NCBI GenBank assembly: GCA_016928865.1 | Contig: JAFGJX010000105.1 | Coordinates: 5,786-69,785, forward strand | Source of the DNA: Spirochaetota bacterium | GTDB taxonomy: Bacteria; Spirochaetota; UBA4802; UBA5550 | Direction of reading: 5' to 3' | DNA length: 64,000 bases | Shown here: positions 44,299-55,446 of the stretch, in pieces | Layout: each line of letters starts with the position of its first letter | Numbering within the stretch: the first letter of the stretch is position 1 | Notes under the pieces: model-generated | Seen by the model: the letters and a program-made list of their open reading frames with translations, nothing else | Told to the model about the DNA's origin: nothing | The model's database searches: none | Made by a program: the position numbers and the translations under genes

Positions 44299-45555
44299 AT
44301 GAATAGTAAATCACGCTTCCACTACGGCTATGCCATCCTCGCCGTGGGCGTTGCCACCGTCACCGGCGCGCTCGGGTTCGCGCGGTTCGGCTATACCATG
44401 ATACTGCCAGGGATGAAGGCCGGCCTCGGCCTTACCGACGCGCAGGCGGGCGATCTGGCCATGGCGAACATGATCGGGTATCTGGTGCTTGCGATGGCAT
44501 GCGGCTTTCTCTCCGCGCATTTCAGCCCGCGGAAGATAATCACCTCCTTCATGCTGCTCGTGTCAGCTTCCATGCTGATAACCGGCCTCGCGTCGGGGTT
44601 CGGGTCCGCGTTCATCGGACGCCTCCTTGCCGGCATGGGGGGCGGCGGCACCAACATCCCGGTGATGGGCCTGGTGGTCGGATGGTTCGCGATGTCGCGG
44701 CGGGGTCTGGCGGCCGGCATCACCGTGAGCGGTTCGAGCTTCGGCCTGCTCATTACCGGCCTGACGGTTCCCCTGATAATGAAGGCCGGGGGCGTCGAAG
44801 GCTGGCGCCACTCATGGTTTTTCCTGTCTGCCCTGTCGCTTGCAATAGCGCTCCTGTGCGGGATATTCTTGCGGGACACGCCGTCTGAGAAGGGCCTTGC
44901 GCCGGTCGGTGCGGCGGGGGGCTCGACCGCGCCGGCCGCGGCGCCCGGGTCATACTCGCTGGTTGAATCATGGCGGCTCGTGTACCGCTCGTTTTCCGTA
45001 TGGCATCTCGCGGTCATATATGTCCTGTTCGGGTTTTCCTATATCATCTATGCTACCTTTTTCGTCCGCTATCTGAACTGGGAGGCGGGCTTCAGCCTTG
45101 AGATGGCGGGCGGGCTCTGGTCGCTCATCGGTGTTATCAGTATCGTCAGCGGATTTATCTGGGGGTCGGTGTCTGACAGGTTCGGGCGTAAATGCGGCCT
45201 CGCTATCGTCTTCTTTCTACAGTGCGCCTGCTATATGATTTTCGGCCTCTGGAAAGGCATGCCCGGCCATCTGATCTCGTCGCTGATCTTTGCGCTGACC
45301 GCCTGGAGCATCCCCGCCATCATGGCGGCGGTTTCAGGCGATATCCTGGGCCCGAAGCTTGCGCCCGCGGCACTCGGGTTCATCACTCTTTTTTTCGGGA
45401 TCGGACAGGCGCTTGCGCCGTTCGTGGCGGGCCGCATCGCGGACTCATACGGCTCGTACACGCTCGCGTTCGTTATCGCCGGGATGGCGTCGTGCGCCGG
45501 CGGCCTGCTTTCCCTCCTGCTGGACGGGAAAAAGCTATCCCGGGCGCATGATTGA
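44299..45555 (+). CDS. MFS transporter
   Basis: About 12 hydrophobic helices in two halves, with a typical MFS loop (GRLLAGMGGGG). Start trimmed to ATG 44299. Confidence 0.85.
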   Translation: MNSKSRFHYGYAILAVGVATVTGALGFARFGYTMILPGMKAGLGLTDAQAGDLAMANMIGYLVLAMACGFLSAHFSPRKIITSFMLLVSASMLITGLASGFGSAFIGRLLAGMGGGGTNIPVMGLVVGWFAMSRRGLAAGITVSGSSFGLLITGLTVPLIMKAGGVEGWRHSWFFLSALSLAIALLCGIFLRDTPSEKGLAPVGAAGGSTAPAAAPGSYSLVESWRLVYRSFSVWHLAVIYVLFGFSYIIYATFFVRYLNWEAGFSLEMAGGLWSLIGVISIVSGFIWGSVSDRFGRKCGLAIVFFLQCACYMIFGLWKGMPGHLISSLIFALTAWSIPAIMAAVSGDILGPKLAPAALGFITLFFGIGQALAPFVAGRIADSYGSYTLAFVIAGMASCAGGLLSLLLDGKKLSRAHD

Positions 45556-45662
45556 TCCGTTTTTCATATTGACAAAATATAAAATCGCGTGGTCACCATT
45601 CATCGTGCCTAATTAATCGAAGAAGAAAATTTTTATTACTATATATCGAAAGGTAATCCAAA

Positions 45663-46202
45663 ATGAAACGATTGCTGATAGCGCTGGGATTAGTCGCGAT
45701 ATGCGTTTCCGCCTCATCATTCGCCGGTCAGGATGAAAAAATTGATACAATTTTCCTGAGTGACGGTCGTACGATAGCCGCCAAGGTAACCTCTGTCACA
45801 TCCACCCATGTCGATTTCGTGAATATTGTCGAGGCAAAGCGGGAACTGATCGAAAGAAAAAGCGTTCATAAAATACTTTTCCACAACGGAGTGATTCAGG
45901 AGCTCAATCCTCCGGCGTATCACGCGGCAGGTCGCCTGTCGTGGACCGATGTTCGGCTGACTGACAGGAAGCAGGATTGTGCCGGTCTGTACAGGCGGGG
46001 CGCGGTGGAGGCCGCTTCCCGGATCTACCCCGGCGGCCTGCGGGCCGCTCGCAGGCAGGCGGAGGCGCTGCTGAAAAAGAAGGCGGCGGCGCTGCAGTGC
46101 CATGTGGTGCTGGTGACGGTCAGGACGCAGAAGCGAGCCGCGAAGGGAGCGCTCCGCTATGTCATCAGGGGAGCGGCGTACGGCAAAGAGCCGCTGAAAT
46201 AA
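45663..46202 (+). CDS. Hypothetical secreted protein
   Basis: Signal peptide MKRLLIALGLVAICVSASSFA. No family recognised. Confidence 0.45.
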   Translation: MKRLLIALGLVAICVSASSFAGQDEKIDTIFLSDGRTIAAKVTSVTSTHVDFVNIVEAKRELIERKSVHKILFHNGVIQELNPPAYHAAGRLSWTDVRLTDRKQDCAGLYRRGAVEAASRIYPGGLRAARRQAEALLKKKAAALQCHVVLVTVRTQKRAAKGALRYVIRGAAYGKEPLK

Positions 46203-46397
46203 CGCATGCCCTCCGGCAGCGGGCAGGGATGCCTGCGCAAAGGAAGGGTGTGCATCATGCGGGGAGGCGACACCTTCGGCGCAGATGAGCGGTGACAATA
46301 ATAAGACTTGATTTTTTAGCAAGGAGCATTGAGTATAGTGAATGCCGGTTCGGGGCGCCAGTCGTTCCCCGGCATATCATCGGACAGGAACCGCGAC

Positions 46398-47789
<1,392 letters not shown>

Positions 47790-47935
47790 GCGGACCGGAA
47801 AAAATTCATGGGCAGGGACTCTCTTTCTCCTTGACAATTTTTATTGTATCGCCCGACACTATCCTTTAATCAAAATTTAACGGTCAGGACACGGGTTGCC
47901 CTGGCGCGGCGCGTTGCCCCTTTAGACCGTATCTG

Positions 47936-48976
47936 GTGATGGTCATGAACATGAAGAAAACAAAAGCCCCCCTCGATTGGAAAAACCTGTCATTCGAATA
48001 CAACAAGACAGACTGCAACATCCGGTATTACTGGAAAGACGGTAAATGGTCTGACGGGGAGCTTGTAACTGATGAGAGCGTCCCCCTCCATATGGCGGCG
48101 CCGTGCCTGCATTACGGGCAGGAAGCCTTCGAGGGCCTGAAGGCGTTTGAGACAAAGGACGGGCGGGCCGTGGTGTTCCGTCCCGTTGAAAACAGCCGTC
48201 GTCTGCAGAGAAGCTGCGAACGGATCTTTATCCCCCTGATTTCCGACGAGATATTCCTGGACGCGGTTCGCAGGGTTGTGGACGCCAACTGGAAATATCT
48301 TCCGCCGTACGGAACCGGCGCGAGCATGTATATCCGGCCGCTTGTTATCGGCACGGGCGCCCGGGTGGGACTCGGGCCGGCATCGGAATACCTGTTTGTG
48401 ATGTTCGCCACGCCGGTAGGCCCCTACTACAAGGGAGGGTTTAAGCCGGTCAAGGCGCTGATCGTCGAGGAATTCGATCGGGCGGCGCCCCAGGGCGTCG
48501 GCGACTGCAAGGTGGGCGGCAACTACGCCGCGGGCCTGTCCGGCGCCCAGTTCGGCAAGGACCGCGGGTACCCTGTTGTGCTCTATCTCGATTCCCGCGA
48601 AAAGCGGTACATAGACGAGTTCAGCACGTCAAATTTTATCGCGATACGCGGCAACACCTACATCACGCCGAAATCGAACAGCATCCTGCCGAGCATCACC
48701 AACGACAGCCTGTCGGTCATTGCCCGGGATCTCGGCATGGAGGTCGAGCGGCGGCAGGTTGAGGCATCCGAGCTCGCCTCCTTCGACGAGGTGGGAGCTG
48801 TGGGCACCGCGGCGGTCATTACTCCGGTCAACCATATCAGGTTCCGGGAACGTGATTACACCTTCGGCGACGGCGAGAATGCCGGACCCGCTATCACCAG
48901 ACTGTATGAGCGCCTGACCCGGATCCAGACGGGAGATTACGAGGATGCGCACCGCTGGCTCTATGAGGTGAAATAA
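47936..48976 (+). CDS. ilvE: Branched-chain amino acid aminotransferase
   Basis: LHYGQEAFEGLKAF, YIRPLVIG and GDCKVGGNYAA motifs. Several clustered start codons lie between 47936 and 47951. Confidence 0.9.
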   Translation: MMVMNMKKTKAPLDWKNLSFEYNKTDCNIRYYWKDGKWSDGELVTDESVPLHMAAPCLHYGQEAFEGLKAFETKDGRAVVFRPVENSRRLQRSCERIFIPLISDEIFLDAVRRVVDANWKYLPPYGTGASMYIRPLVIGTGARVGLGPASEYLFVMFATPVGPYYKGGFKPVKALIVEEFDRAAPQGVGDCKVGGNYAAGLSGAQFGKDRGYPVVLYLDSREKRYIDEFSTSNFIAIRGNTYITPKSNSILPSITNDSLSVIARDLGMEVERRQVEASELASFDEVGAVGTAAVITPVNHIRFRERDYTFGDGENAGPAITRLYERLTRIQTGDYEDAHRWLYEVK

Positions 48977-48998
48977 ATCCACGGGGCTGTTTCCGCGG

Positions 48999-49652
48999 TC
49001 ATTTCTTCAAATACTTTTTCAGAATACCTATCAGAACGTCCTGTCCGGCCCGATTGAGATGAACGGGGTCCCGCGCGTACTCGGGGTTCAGGCCGCCGTT
49101 TTTCACAAGGTGGGAATATACCGGCACATACACCGCGCCCAGCCTGGCGCAGGTCTGCTGAAGGCGCGCATTCAGCAGCTGCAGCGTCGAGTTTTTTATG
49201 CAGATGTCCGGGGCTACGGGCAGATTGCTTATGCAATAGACATTCCCGCAGATTGATTTGTAATACGTAATGAGCGCGATGTAGTTGCGGTTGATGTCGT
49301 CGATCCGGATCCCGGAGAGAAGGTCATTGCCTCCCACCAGCACTACGATTGCGGACGGCTTCAGCGGTTCCATCCGCTCTCTCCGTTCCATCAGTTTTTT
49401 CGTTGTACTGCCGCGGTACGAGTAGTTGCAGGCGGGCTCGCTGAAATATTCCTGAAAATTGATCAATTCGATATTGCTGTCGCCTTCAAATGCCAGGCAT
49501 CCCGCAACGCACGCGCGCGCGTTGTTATCCTGTATCGTCCGTATGTGCCGTTCCAGCTTCTGCCTTTCTGTCATCTGCCTGCCCGCACAGGCGTGGAGGC
49601 ACAGCGCGGCGAGAAGGGCGCAAGCCGCCGGTATGAGTACCCTTTTTCCCAT
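48999..49652 (-). CDS. SGNH/GDSL-family hydrolase, probable lipoprotein
   Basis: Signal plus Cys (LLAALCLHAC), FEGDSN block I and VVLVGGNDL block III. Confidence 0.7.
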   Translation of the reverse strand: MGKRVLIPAACALLAALCLHACAGRQMTERQKLERHIRTIQDNNARACVAGCLAFEGDSNIELINFQEYFSEPACNYSYRGSTTKKLMERRERMEPLKPSAIVVLVGGNDLLSGIRIDDINRNYIALITYYKSICGNVYCISNLPVAPDICIKNSTLQLLNARLQQTCARLGAVYVPVYSHLVKNGGLNPEYARDPVHLNRAGQDVLIGILKKYLKK

Positions 49653-49657
49653 TCCGG

Positions 49658-49852
49658 CTATGACGAAGTTACCCGTTCCGCCTGAATGGCGAGGTACTTG
49701 ACCAGGGTCTGCTCGGTGATTGCTCCCATGGTGACCAGTATGATACCGATCAATCCGCCCTCTTTTTTCTGAATTTCTATCGCTTTTTCCAGTTGTTCTT
49801 GGGTAATCTCCTTGTTTTCGAGGAGTATTTCTCCCAGCAGCGGTCGTGACAT
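49658..49852 (-). CDS. Stand-alone T2SSE_N / MshEN-like domain protein (64 aa)
   Basis: Two tandem ~24-aa helical motifs: LLGEILLENKEITQEQLEKAIEIQ and LIGIILVTMGAITEQTLVKYLAIQ. Confidence 0.6.
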   Translation of the reverse strand: MSRPLLGEILLENKEITQEQLEKAIEIQKKEGGLIGIILVTMGAITEQTLVKYLAIQAERVTSS

Positions 49853-49894
49853 AGTGTTCCTCCAGTAAAAATTATGACTCTGATGTATAGTCTG

Positions 49895-51385
49895 TTATAG
49901 CAGCAATCTTCGTATCGCGTCTTTCCAGAGTCGCACCTGTCGATCACGGTCGGATGCGCTCATATTTGGAATGTATTTCGATGCCATCCTGTTGCTTTTC
50001 GCAATTTCGCCGATTGTCCTGTATACGCCGGCCGTGATTCCCGCCAGATAGGCGGCGCCCAGCGCGGTCGATTCAGTGATTTCCGGCAGCAGGACCGGGA
50101 TGTTCAGGATGTCGGCCTGGTACTGCATGAGAAAACCGTTGCCGGTGCCGCCGCCGTCGACGCGCAGCTCGGTCACGATGGTCCCGGTATCTTCCTGCAT
50201 CGCCACGACCAGGTCGCGCGATTGCAGGGCTATCGATTTCAGCGCTGCCATGACGATCTCCTCGCGGGTCGTGTCGCGTGTCAGGCCGAAAATGGCCCCG
50301 CGCGCGTCCATGTTCCAGTGCGGGGCGCCCAGGCCGACGAAGGCGGGGACCATGACGACGCCGCTCTCCTTGGCGACCGATTTCGCCATCTCCTCGGAAT
50401 CTGCGCTGACGGCGAAGAATTTGAGATAGTCGCGCAGCCACTGCACCACTGCCCCGGCGATGAAGACCGCTCCCTCCAGCGCGTACACCGGCTGGCCGAA
50501 GTTGTCGCAGGCCAGCGTGGTCAGGAGGCCGTTGCGCGAGATGGTGAAGGTGCTGCCGTTGTTCATAAGCAGAAAGCAGCCTGTGCCGTAGGTGTTCTTT
50601 GACCTGCCCGGCGCGACGCAGTCCTGCCCCGCCATGGCGGCCTGCTGGTCGCCGGCGATGCCGCCGATCACGATCCCGTCAGGAAGCCCCGGCGCGTTTC
50701 TGGTTGCGCCGAAGTTTGAGGCGGAGGGCATGACCGCGGGCAGCATCGCTTTCGGGACCGATAGTATATCGAGCAAAACGTCCGACCATTCTTTTTTCCG
50801 GATGTCATACATCAGGGTGCGCGACGCATTGGTGTAATCGGTCGCGTGCGCCGTGCCGTCGGTCAGCTTCCATAAAATCCAGGTGTCGATGGTGCCGAAC
50901 AGGAGCGTGCCGCGCTCGGCCATTGCCCGCGCGCCCCTGACATTGTCGAGGAGCCATTTTACCTTGGTTCCGGAAAAGTAGGCGTCAATGACCAGGCCGG
51001 TGATCTTCCGGAACAGGTCTTCATGCCCCGCCTGCTTCAGTTCGTTGCAGATGCCGGCCGTGCGCCGGCATTGCCACACGATGGCGCGATGCAGCGGCTT
51101 GCCGCTTGTCTTGTCCCAGATGAGCGCCGTTTCCCGCTGGTTGGTAATACCGATGGCGATCGCGTTTTTGGGGTCCAGGCTCCCCCGCGTTATCGCCTGG
51201 GGGATCAGCTGGCATATCGATTCCCATATCTCCTCGGCGTCATGCTCGACCCAGCCCGGTTTCGGGAAATGCTGGGTAAACTCCCGGTAGGCGCTTGAAA
51301 TGGGCAACCCGTTTTCATCGAAACAGAAGACCCTGTTTCCGGTAGTGCCGAGGTCGATGGAGATTATATAGCGCTTTGACATCAA
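49895..51385 (-). CDS. glpK: Glycerol kinase
   Basis: YIISIDLGTTGNRVFCFD and the full-length FGGY-kinase pattern, ending GGGTGNGFLMQYQADIL. Confidence 0.96.
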   Translation of the reverse strand: MMSKRYIISIDLGTTGNRVFCFDENGLPISSAYREFTQHFPKPGWVEHDAEEIWESICQLIPQAITRGSLDPKNAIAIGITNQRETALIWDKTSGKPLHRAIVWQCRRTAGICNELKQAGHEDLFRKITGLVIDAYFSGTKVKWLLDNVRGARAMAERGTLLFGTIDTWILWKLTDGTAHATDYTNASRTLMYDIRKKEWSDVLLDILSVPKAMLPAVMPSASNFGATRNAPGLPDGIVIGGIAGDQQAAMAGQDCVAPGRSKNTYGTGCFLLMNNGSTFTISRNGLLTTLACDNFGQPVYALEGAVFIAGAVVQWLRDYLKFFAVSADSEEMAKSVAKESGVVMVPAFVGLGAPHWNMDARGAIFGLTRDTTREEIVMAALKSIALQSRDLVVAMQEDTGTIVTELRVDGGGTGNGFLMQYQADILNIPVLLPEITESTALGAAYLAGITAGVYRTIGEIAKSNRMASKYIPNMSASDRDRQVRLWKDAIRRLLL

Positions 51386-51499
51386 AAAAAGTCCTTATGG
51401 TCGGGGCCACAACGGTTAGTATTGATGGTAGCGGTTTTCAAAAAACAATGTCAATTAAAAATTAATGAAACACGGCTGCAATATATAAAAATTGGGATA

Positions 51500-51546
51500 G
51501 GCATGAATTCATATAGATCCCGGCGGCGGATCATGCCGGCTTTTTT
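51500..51546 (+). terminator. Orphan terminator-like hairpin with T-run (no upstream + strand gene)
   Basis: Either GGCATGA/TCATGCC (51500-51506 / 51531-51537) or CCGGC/GCCGG (51520-51524 / 51535-51539), followed by C and TTTTTT (51541-51546). Confidence 0.35.
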
Positions 51547-51627
51547 CCTTTCCAACGGATTGGGCGTCGTCGATAATAAGGTATGTAACGCCACCGGATG
51601 AGCGGGGACGTTATCATATATTAGATC

Positions 51628-51729
51628 TGTTGCAATACTAAATTTTTAAAAAGGGACACAGGGGCAAAGCCCCTGGACAGCTCCCCGCCGGGGCTTCCCG
51701 GCGAGCGCGAGACGCAGTTTCGCAACAGG
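51628..51729 (+). repeat. Conserved ~100-nt intergenic element, copy 2 (candidate structured cis-regulatory RNA)
   Basis: Same orientation and same conserved blocks as 40843-40942. It ends 35 nt before the ATG of the NeuB-family gene. Confidence 0.85.
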
Positions 51730-51764
51730 TCTATTCTTTATCAAAGATTACCGGGTAACTTTAT

Positions 51765-52820
51765 ATGCTGGAATCAGTCATACAATCTGTACGAAACGCG
51801 ATTTATGTTGCGGAGATAGGGCTCAATCACAACGGTGATATGGATACTGCCCGTGCCATGATACAGCGTGCGGCGCGGGCCGGGGCCGACGCGGTAAAGT
51901 TCCAGACGTTTGTCCCGGAGCTGATGTATTCCGAGTTCACGGCCGACCTGCTCGAATCCGGCGTTGAAAGGCTGCGTGATGCGACTATGGTCGATTTTTT
52001 CCGGGGGCTTGTGTTTAACCGTGACCAGTACCGGCTTCTGCAGAAAATCGCCGAAGAGGAGGGAACTGTCTTTTTCTCCTCGGTGTTTGATCTCGATTCG
52101 TTGAACCTGCTGGAGGGGCTCGGGGTGCCGCTGTACAAGCTCGCCTCTTCGGAAGTAACGAACCATGCCCTCATTGAGGCCGTGGCGCGTACCGGCAAGC
52201 CCGCCATCCTCTCGACAGGAATGGCCGCGGAAGATGAGATCGGCGCCGCCGTTTCGCTTTTCCGGAGATCCGGCGGGGGCGAGCTCGTGCTGATGCACTG
52301 CGTCTCGCTCTACCCGACCCCGGCCGACCAGGCCAACCTGGCCAGGATACCGGCGCTGGAGCGGCGTTACGGGCTTGCCACGGGCTTTTCGGATCATACC
52401 CGGGAGGCGGTTGCGCCGGTGCTGGCCGCCGCTCTGGGCGCCCGGATATTTGAAAAGCATTTTACAATTGACAGATTACACGATTGTCCCGATAAAGAAA
52501 TATCCTGCACGCCGGAGGAGTTCAGCGGAATGATACGGTCGGTGGAGACCGCGATCGAGATGACCGGCGGCGGCGCTATCGCATATGAGCGCGCGGAGGC
52601 GGCCACGGCACGGGCCGCGCGCCGGAGCCTCTTCGCCCGGCGGGCCATCGCCCGCGGCGCAATCATCGGGAGAGACGACATCGTGGCGCTTCGGCCCGGC
52701 ATCGGGATCCCTCCTTCTGAGCTGGAGAGCGTTCTCGGGAAGACAAGCGCGGCCGACATTCCCGAGGGCTATTTAATACGAAAGGAACACCTGCGCGGCG
52801 CAGGGGGCGCCGGAGAATGA
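51765..52820 (+). CDS. Nonulosonic acid synthase (NeuB/PseI/LegI family) with a C-terminal SAF domain
   Basis: IAEIGLNHNGDMDTARAMIQRAARAGADAVKFQTF, LYKLASSEVTN and HCVSLYPTP motifs. SAF-like tail ARRAIARGAIIGRDDIVALRPG. Confidence 0.88.
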   Translation: MLESVIQSVRNAIYVAEIGLNHNGDMDTARAMIQRAARAGADAVKFQTFVPELMYSEFTADLLESGVERLRDATMVDFFRGLVFNRDQYRLLQKIAEEEGTVFFSSVFDLDSLNLLEGLGVPLYKLASSEVTNHALIEAVARTGKPAILSTGMAAEDEIGAAVSLFRRSGGGELVLMHCVSLYPTPADQANLARIPALERRYGLATGFSDHTREAVAPVLAAALGARIFEKHFTIDRLHDCPDKEISCTPEEFSGMIRSVETAIEMTGGGAIAYERAEAATARAARRSLFARRAIARGAIIGRDDIVALRPGIGIPPSELESVLGKTSAADIPEGYLIRKEHLRGAGGAGE

Positions 52821-52854
52821 AAAATACATATTGAAAAAGGAGCGTATCATCAGA

Positions 52855-53418
52855 ATGAAATTCAGAATCGCGATACTGGCGCTCATGTGCCTGTCCATGG
52901 CGCGCTGCGCCACGTATTATCGCATCTTCAGCTATAATGAACCGAAGAGCACGTTTTATACCGGAGAGGAAAAGGCCATACTAGAAAAAACCGTGAAATC
53001 CCTCGATTTCGATTACGGGTATGATCCGGCCCTCGATCTTGACTATGTCGTGCCCCTGACCGAGGGCTTCAGCGAATTCAGGGCGGGCGAGGGCGAACTC
53101 GCGCGCGCCCTGGCCGACGTGGACGGCCGGGCGCTGGCCGATTACAACGACAAGCTGTACCGGCTGAAAAGAATCACGCTCATGAAGATGGAACAATGCC
53201 GTGAGGACAGGATCTGGAAAAATTACACCTTTATCAATAAATACCTCCTGCCCCCTCTTGAATATTATTCGGGACTGATTGAAAAGCAGGCAATAAAAAG
53301 GAACAGTTCCTACGCCAGTGAGATCGATAATAGAAAGAAAGCGGTGGATGAAAGCATTGAGTTTGAGATGAGGCGTAAAGAATTTAATGACCTGTGGGAA
53401 AATGACTATAATCTCTAA
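52855..53418 (+). CDS. Hypothetical lipoprotein
   Basis: MKFRIAILALMCLSMARC signal. No family recognised. The ORF track starts at 52831. Confidence 0.45.
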   Translation: MKFRIAILALMCLSMARCATYYRIFSYNEPKSTFYTGEEKAILEKTVKSLDFDYGYDPALDLDYVVPLTEGFSEFRAGEGELARALADVDGRALADYNDKLYRLKRITLMKMEQCREDRIWKNYTFINKYLLPPLEYYSGLIEKQAIKRNSSYASEIDNRKKAVDESIEFEMRRKEFNDLWENDYNL

Positions 53419-53461
53419 CGCCCTCCGCGGCCGTCCCCGCAGAAGTGGTCACGGTCCGAAT

Positions 53462-54820
53462 ATGGCAAAAATCCTGCTTGCCGCCCTGTTGCTCCTCGCC
53501 CTTCCCGCGGCTGACCGGCCGGCCGTTTCTACAGAATCGGCGGTGAGCGTGCTCTGCTATCATACGTTCATCGAAAAGAAAAAGATGGACCCCTACAGCT
53601 TCACCCTGGACGAGTTCAATGCGCACATCACTCAGCTGAAAAAAGAGGGCTTCCGGTTCGTCTCCGTGGGAGAAATCTTTTCCGGAAGGATCACCGGGAC
53701 CAGGAACGTGCTCATTTCCATAGACGACGGCAACAGGAGCGCGTACGACGCGTATCAGAGGGTGTTGCGGCCCAACGGGATACGGCCGCTCCTGGGCATC
53801 TATCCGAATATTATCATGGCAAAGAAGAAGTACGCGCTTACGTGGGAGCAGTTACGGGAGCTCGCGAGCGACGGGTGCGATATAGCCGCCCACGGGTATT
53901 ACCATCTGAAGGTAAACCGCTCGCTGTACGAGAGCGACCCGAAATCTTTCAGGAGAGAGATATTCCACTCCAGAAAGGTGCTGGAAGAGAACCTGGGCAG
54001 GAAGATCTCCGTGTACGTGTATCCCTTCGGCATGCGGGACGATTTCACCCTCAGGGCCATCAGGGAGGCGGGGTACCGGTATGCCTTCACCATCGACCGG
54101 GGGAGGATAGACGTTCCGCTTGCGAAAGGCTCCGGGATCGGGTTCGAGCTTCCGAGATACATGGTGACGCGGACAAGCTGGGACTACTGCTTTAACCGGG
54201 TGATGAAAAACGCCCGTCCGCGGGTGTCGTACCGGGTGGCGGCAGCTGACGGCCGCGGTGAAGCGCCCGGCGGACCGGACGTGAAGGCGCCGGACGCGCG
54301 GGTTGCCGATCCGTACCGGAACGTAGAGGCAGCGGTATTTTCGGTAATTCCGCATGAATCGGGGCCGGTGTGGGGCAGCGTCGATGAGGCGCGACCCCGC
54401 GACAAAAAAAAATTCGTGAAAAACGCGGATATCGCCTCTGATATCCGTAATGGAGCGGACAGCGGCACGATGCCTGTCCGGTATGATGTCGGCCTCGTTT
54501 CCGGGCGGAAAGCCCCGGATCGCGGCAGGAGCGCTGATCGCATGTTTGATCCCGCAATGCCGGTTGCGGCCCTGGCGCATGAAACGTTTCCGGCGCCGGA
54601 GAAGGGTCTTCCCGATCCTGCGATGCTGATCGCGCACGCGGGCGTTTTGAACGCGGGAATTATCGCGGGCGGTGCCGACTGTGATGCAAGGATCAAGGCC
54701 CGCTACAGGAACATTGCCAGGGAATCGATGCGCGCGTATGATGTTTTTCTCAAAAGGATAAAAGAAAAGATCGAGCGTATCCGGCGGGATATCCGGAATT
54801 ACGTGGCGGTCGATTACTGA
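53462..54820 (+). CDS. Polysaccharide deacetylase (NodB-homology) family protein with a long C-terminal extension
   Basis: VLCYHTF, LISIDDGNRSAY, IAAHGYYH and YVYPFG motifs. Start trimmed to ATG 53462 (signal peptide MAKILLAALLLLALPA). Confidence 0.75.
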   Translation: MAKILLAALLLLALPAADRPAVSTESAVSVLCYHTFIEKKKMDPYSFTLDEFNAHITQLKKEGFRFVSVGEIFSGRITGTRNVLISIDDGNRSAYDAYQRVLRPNGIRPLLGIYPNIIMAKKKYALTWEQLRELASDGCDIAAHGYYHLKVNRSLYESDPKSFRREIFHSRKVLEENLGRKISVYVYPFGMRDDFTLRAIREAGYRYAFTIDRGRIDVPLAKGSGIGFELPRYMVTRTSWDYCFNRVMKNARPRVSYRVAAADGRGEAPGGPDVKAPDARVADPYRNVEAAVFSVIPHESGPVWGSVDEARPRDKKKFVKNADIASDIRNGADSGTMPVRYDVGLVSGRKAPDRGRSADRMFDPAMPVAALAHETFPAPEKGLPDPAMLIAHAGVLNAGIIAGGADCDARIKARYRNIARESMRAYDVFLKRIKEKIERIRRDIRNYVAVDY

Positions 54821-54853
54821 CCGGCGTCCCCGCGAAACGTTCTCCCGCCTGAA

Positions 54854-55399
54854 TTACACGCCGAAGAGCATGGCCCTGCTGAGCGGCACGGGCACTTCCT
54901 GGAGAGGCTTCAGGCCCGCGGCAACGGCCTCGTTGATTATCCTGCCGTAGCGTTTTTTTCTTACGTGGAATTTCGGCTCAACCAGAAGGTAACGGGCGTC
55001 AGGCTTCATGACGGCAACAATCTGGCTGAACAGGGCCGCCCTGTCCGGCACCTCGTGCGCCATCCAGAAGCTGAGCACGAAATCCGAAGGTTCCCGTACC
55101 GCAATATCTCCGGACGTGCAGAGCACGGGCCGTATTCTGGTGCGGACGCCCGCCTGTACCGCGCGTTCCTCCATTTTTCGCAGCATTCCCTCCTGGACGT
55201 CCACCGCGAACACCGTTCCGGACGCTCCGGTCAGGAGCGCAATGGGAATGGTGAAATACCCCGGGCCGCACCCGAGGTCAATAACCGTGGCGCCCGGCAT
55301 GACATATTCGCCCAGGATGGCGGCCGGATCCTGTATATGTTTCCGAAATGAATGGTACATGGCGAAGGCTAATCGCGCGTTGCAGACGTGTTGTTTCAT
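54854..55399 (-). CDS. Class I SAM-dependent methyltransferase
   Basis: Motif I VIDLGCGPGYFTIPIA. Confidence 0.8.
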   Translation of the reverse strand: MKQHVCNARLAFAMYHSFRKHIQDPAAILGEYVMPGATVIDLGCGPGYFTIPIALLTGASGTVFAVDVQEGMLRKMEERAVQAGVRTRIRPVLCTSGDIAVREPSDFVLSFWMAHEVPDRAALFSQIVAVMKPDARYLLVEPKFHVRKKRYGRIINEAVAAGLKPLQEVPVPLSRAMLFGV

Positions 55400-55446
55400 A
55401 GCCAGGTCCTAACTCTGACGCGGGTCGAGACAGGCGGACGGCTTGG

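Noticed and set aside
51503-51601. 32-aa ORF (MNSYRSRRRIMPAFF...) overlapping the orphan hairpin
   Set aside because: The RBS is weak or absent and the sequence is low-complexity. The hairpin and T-run reading is simpler.
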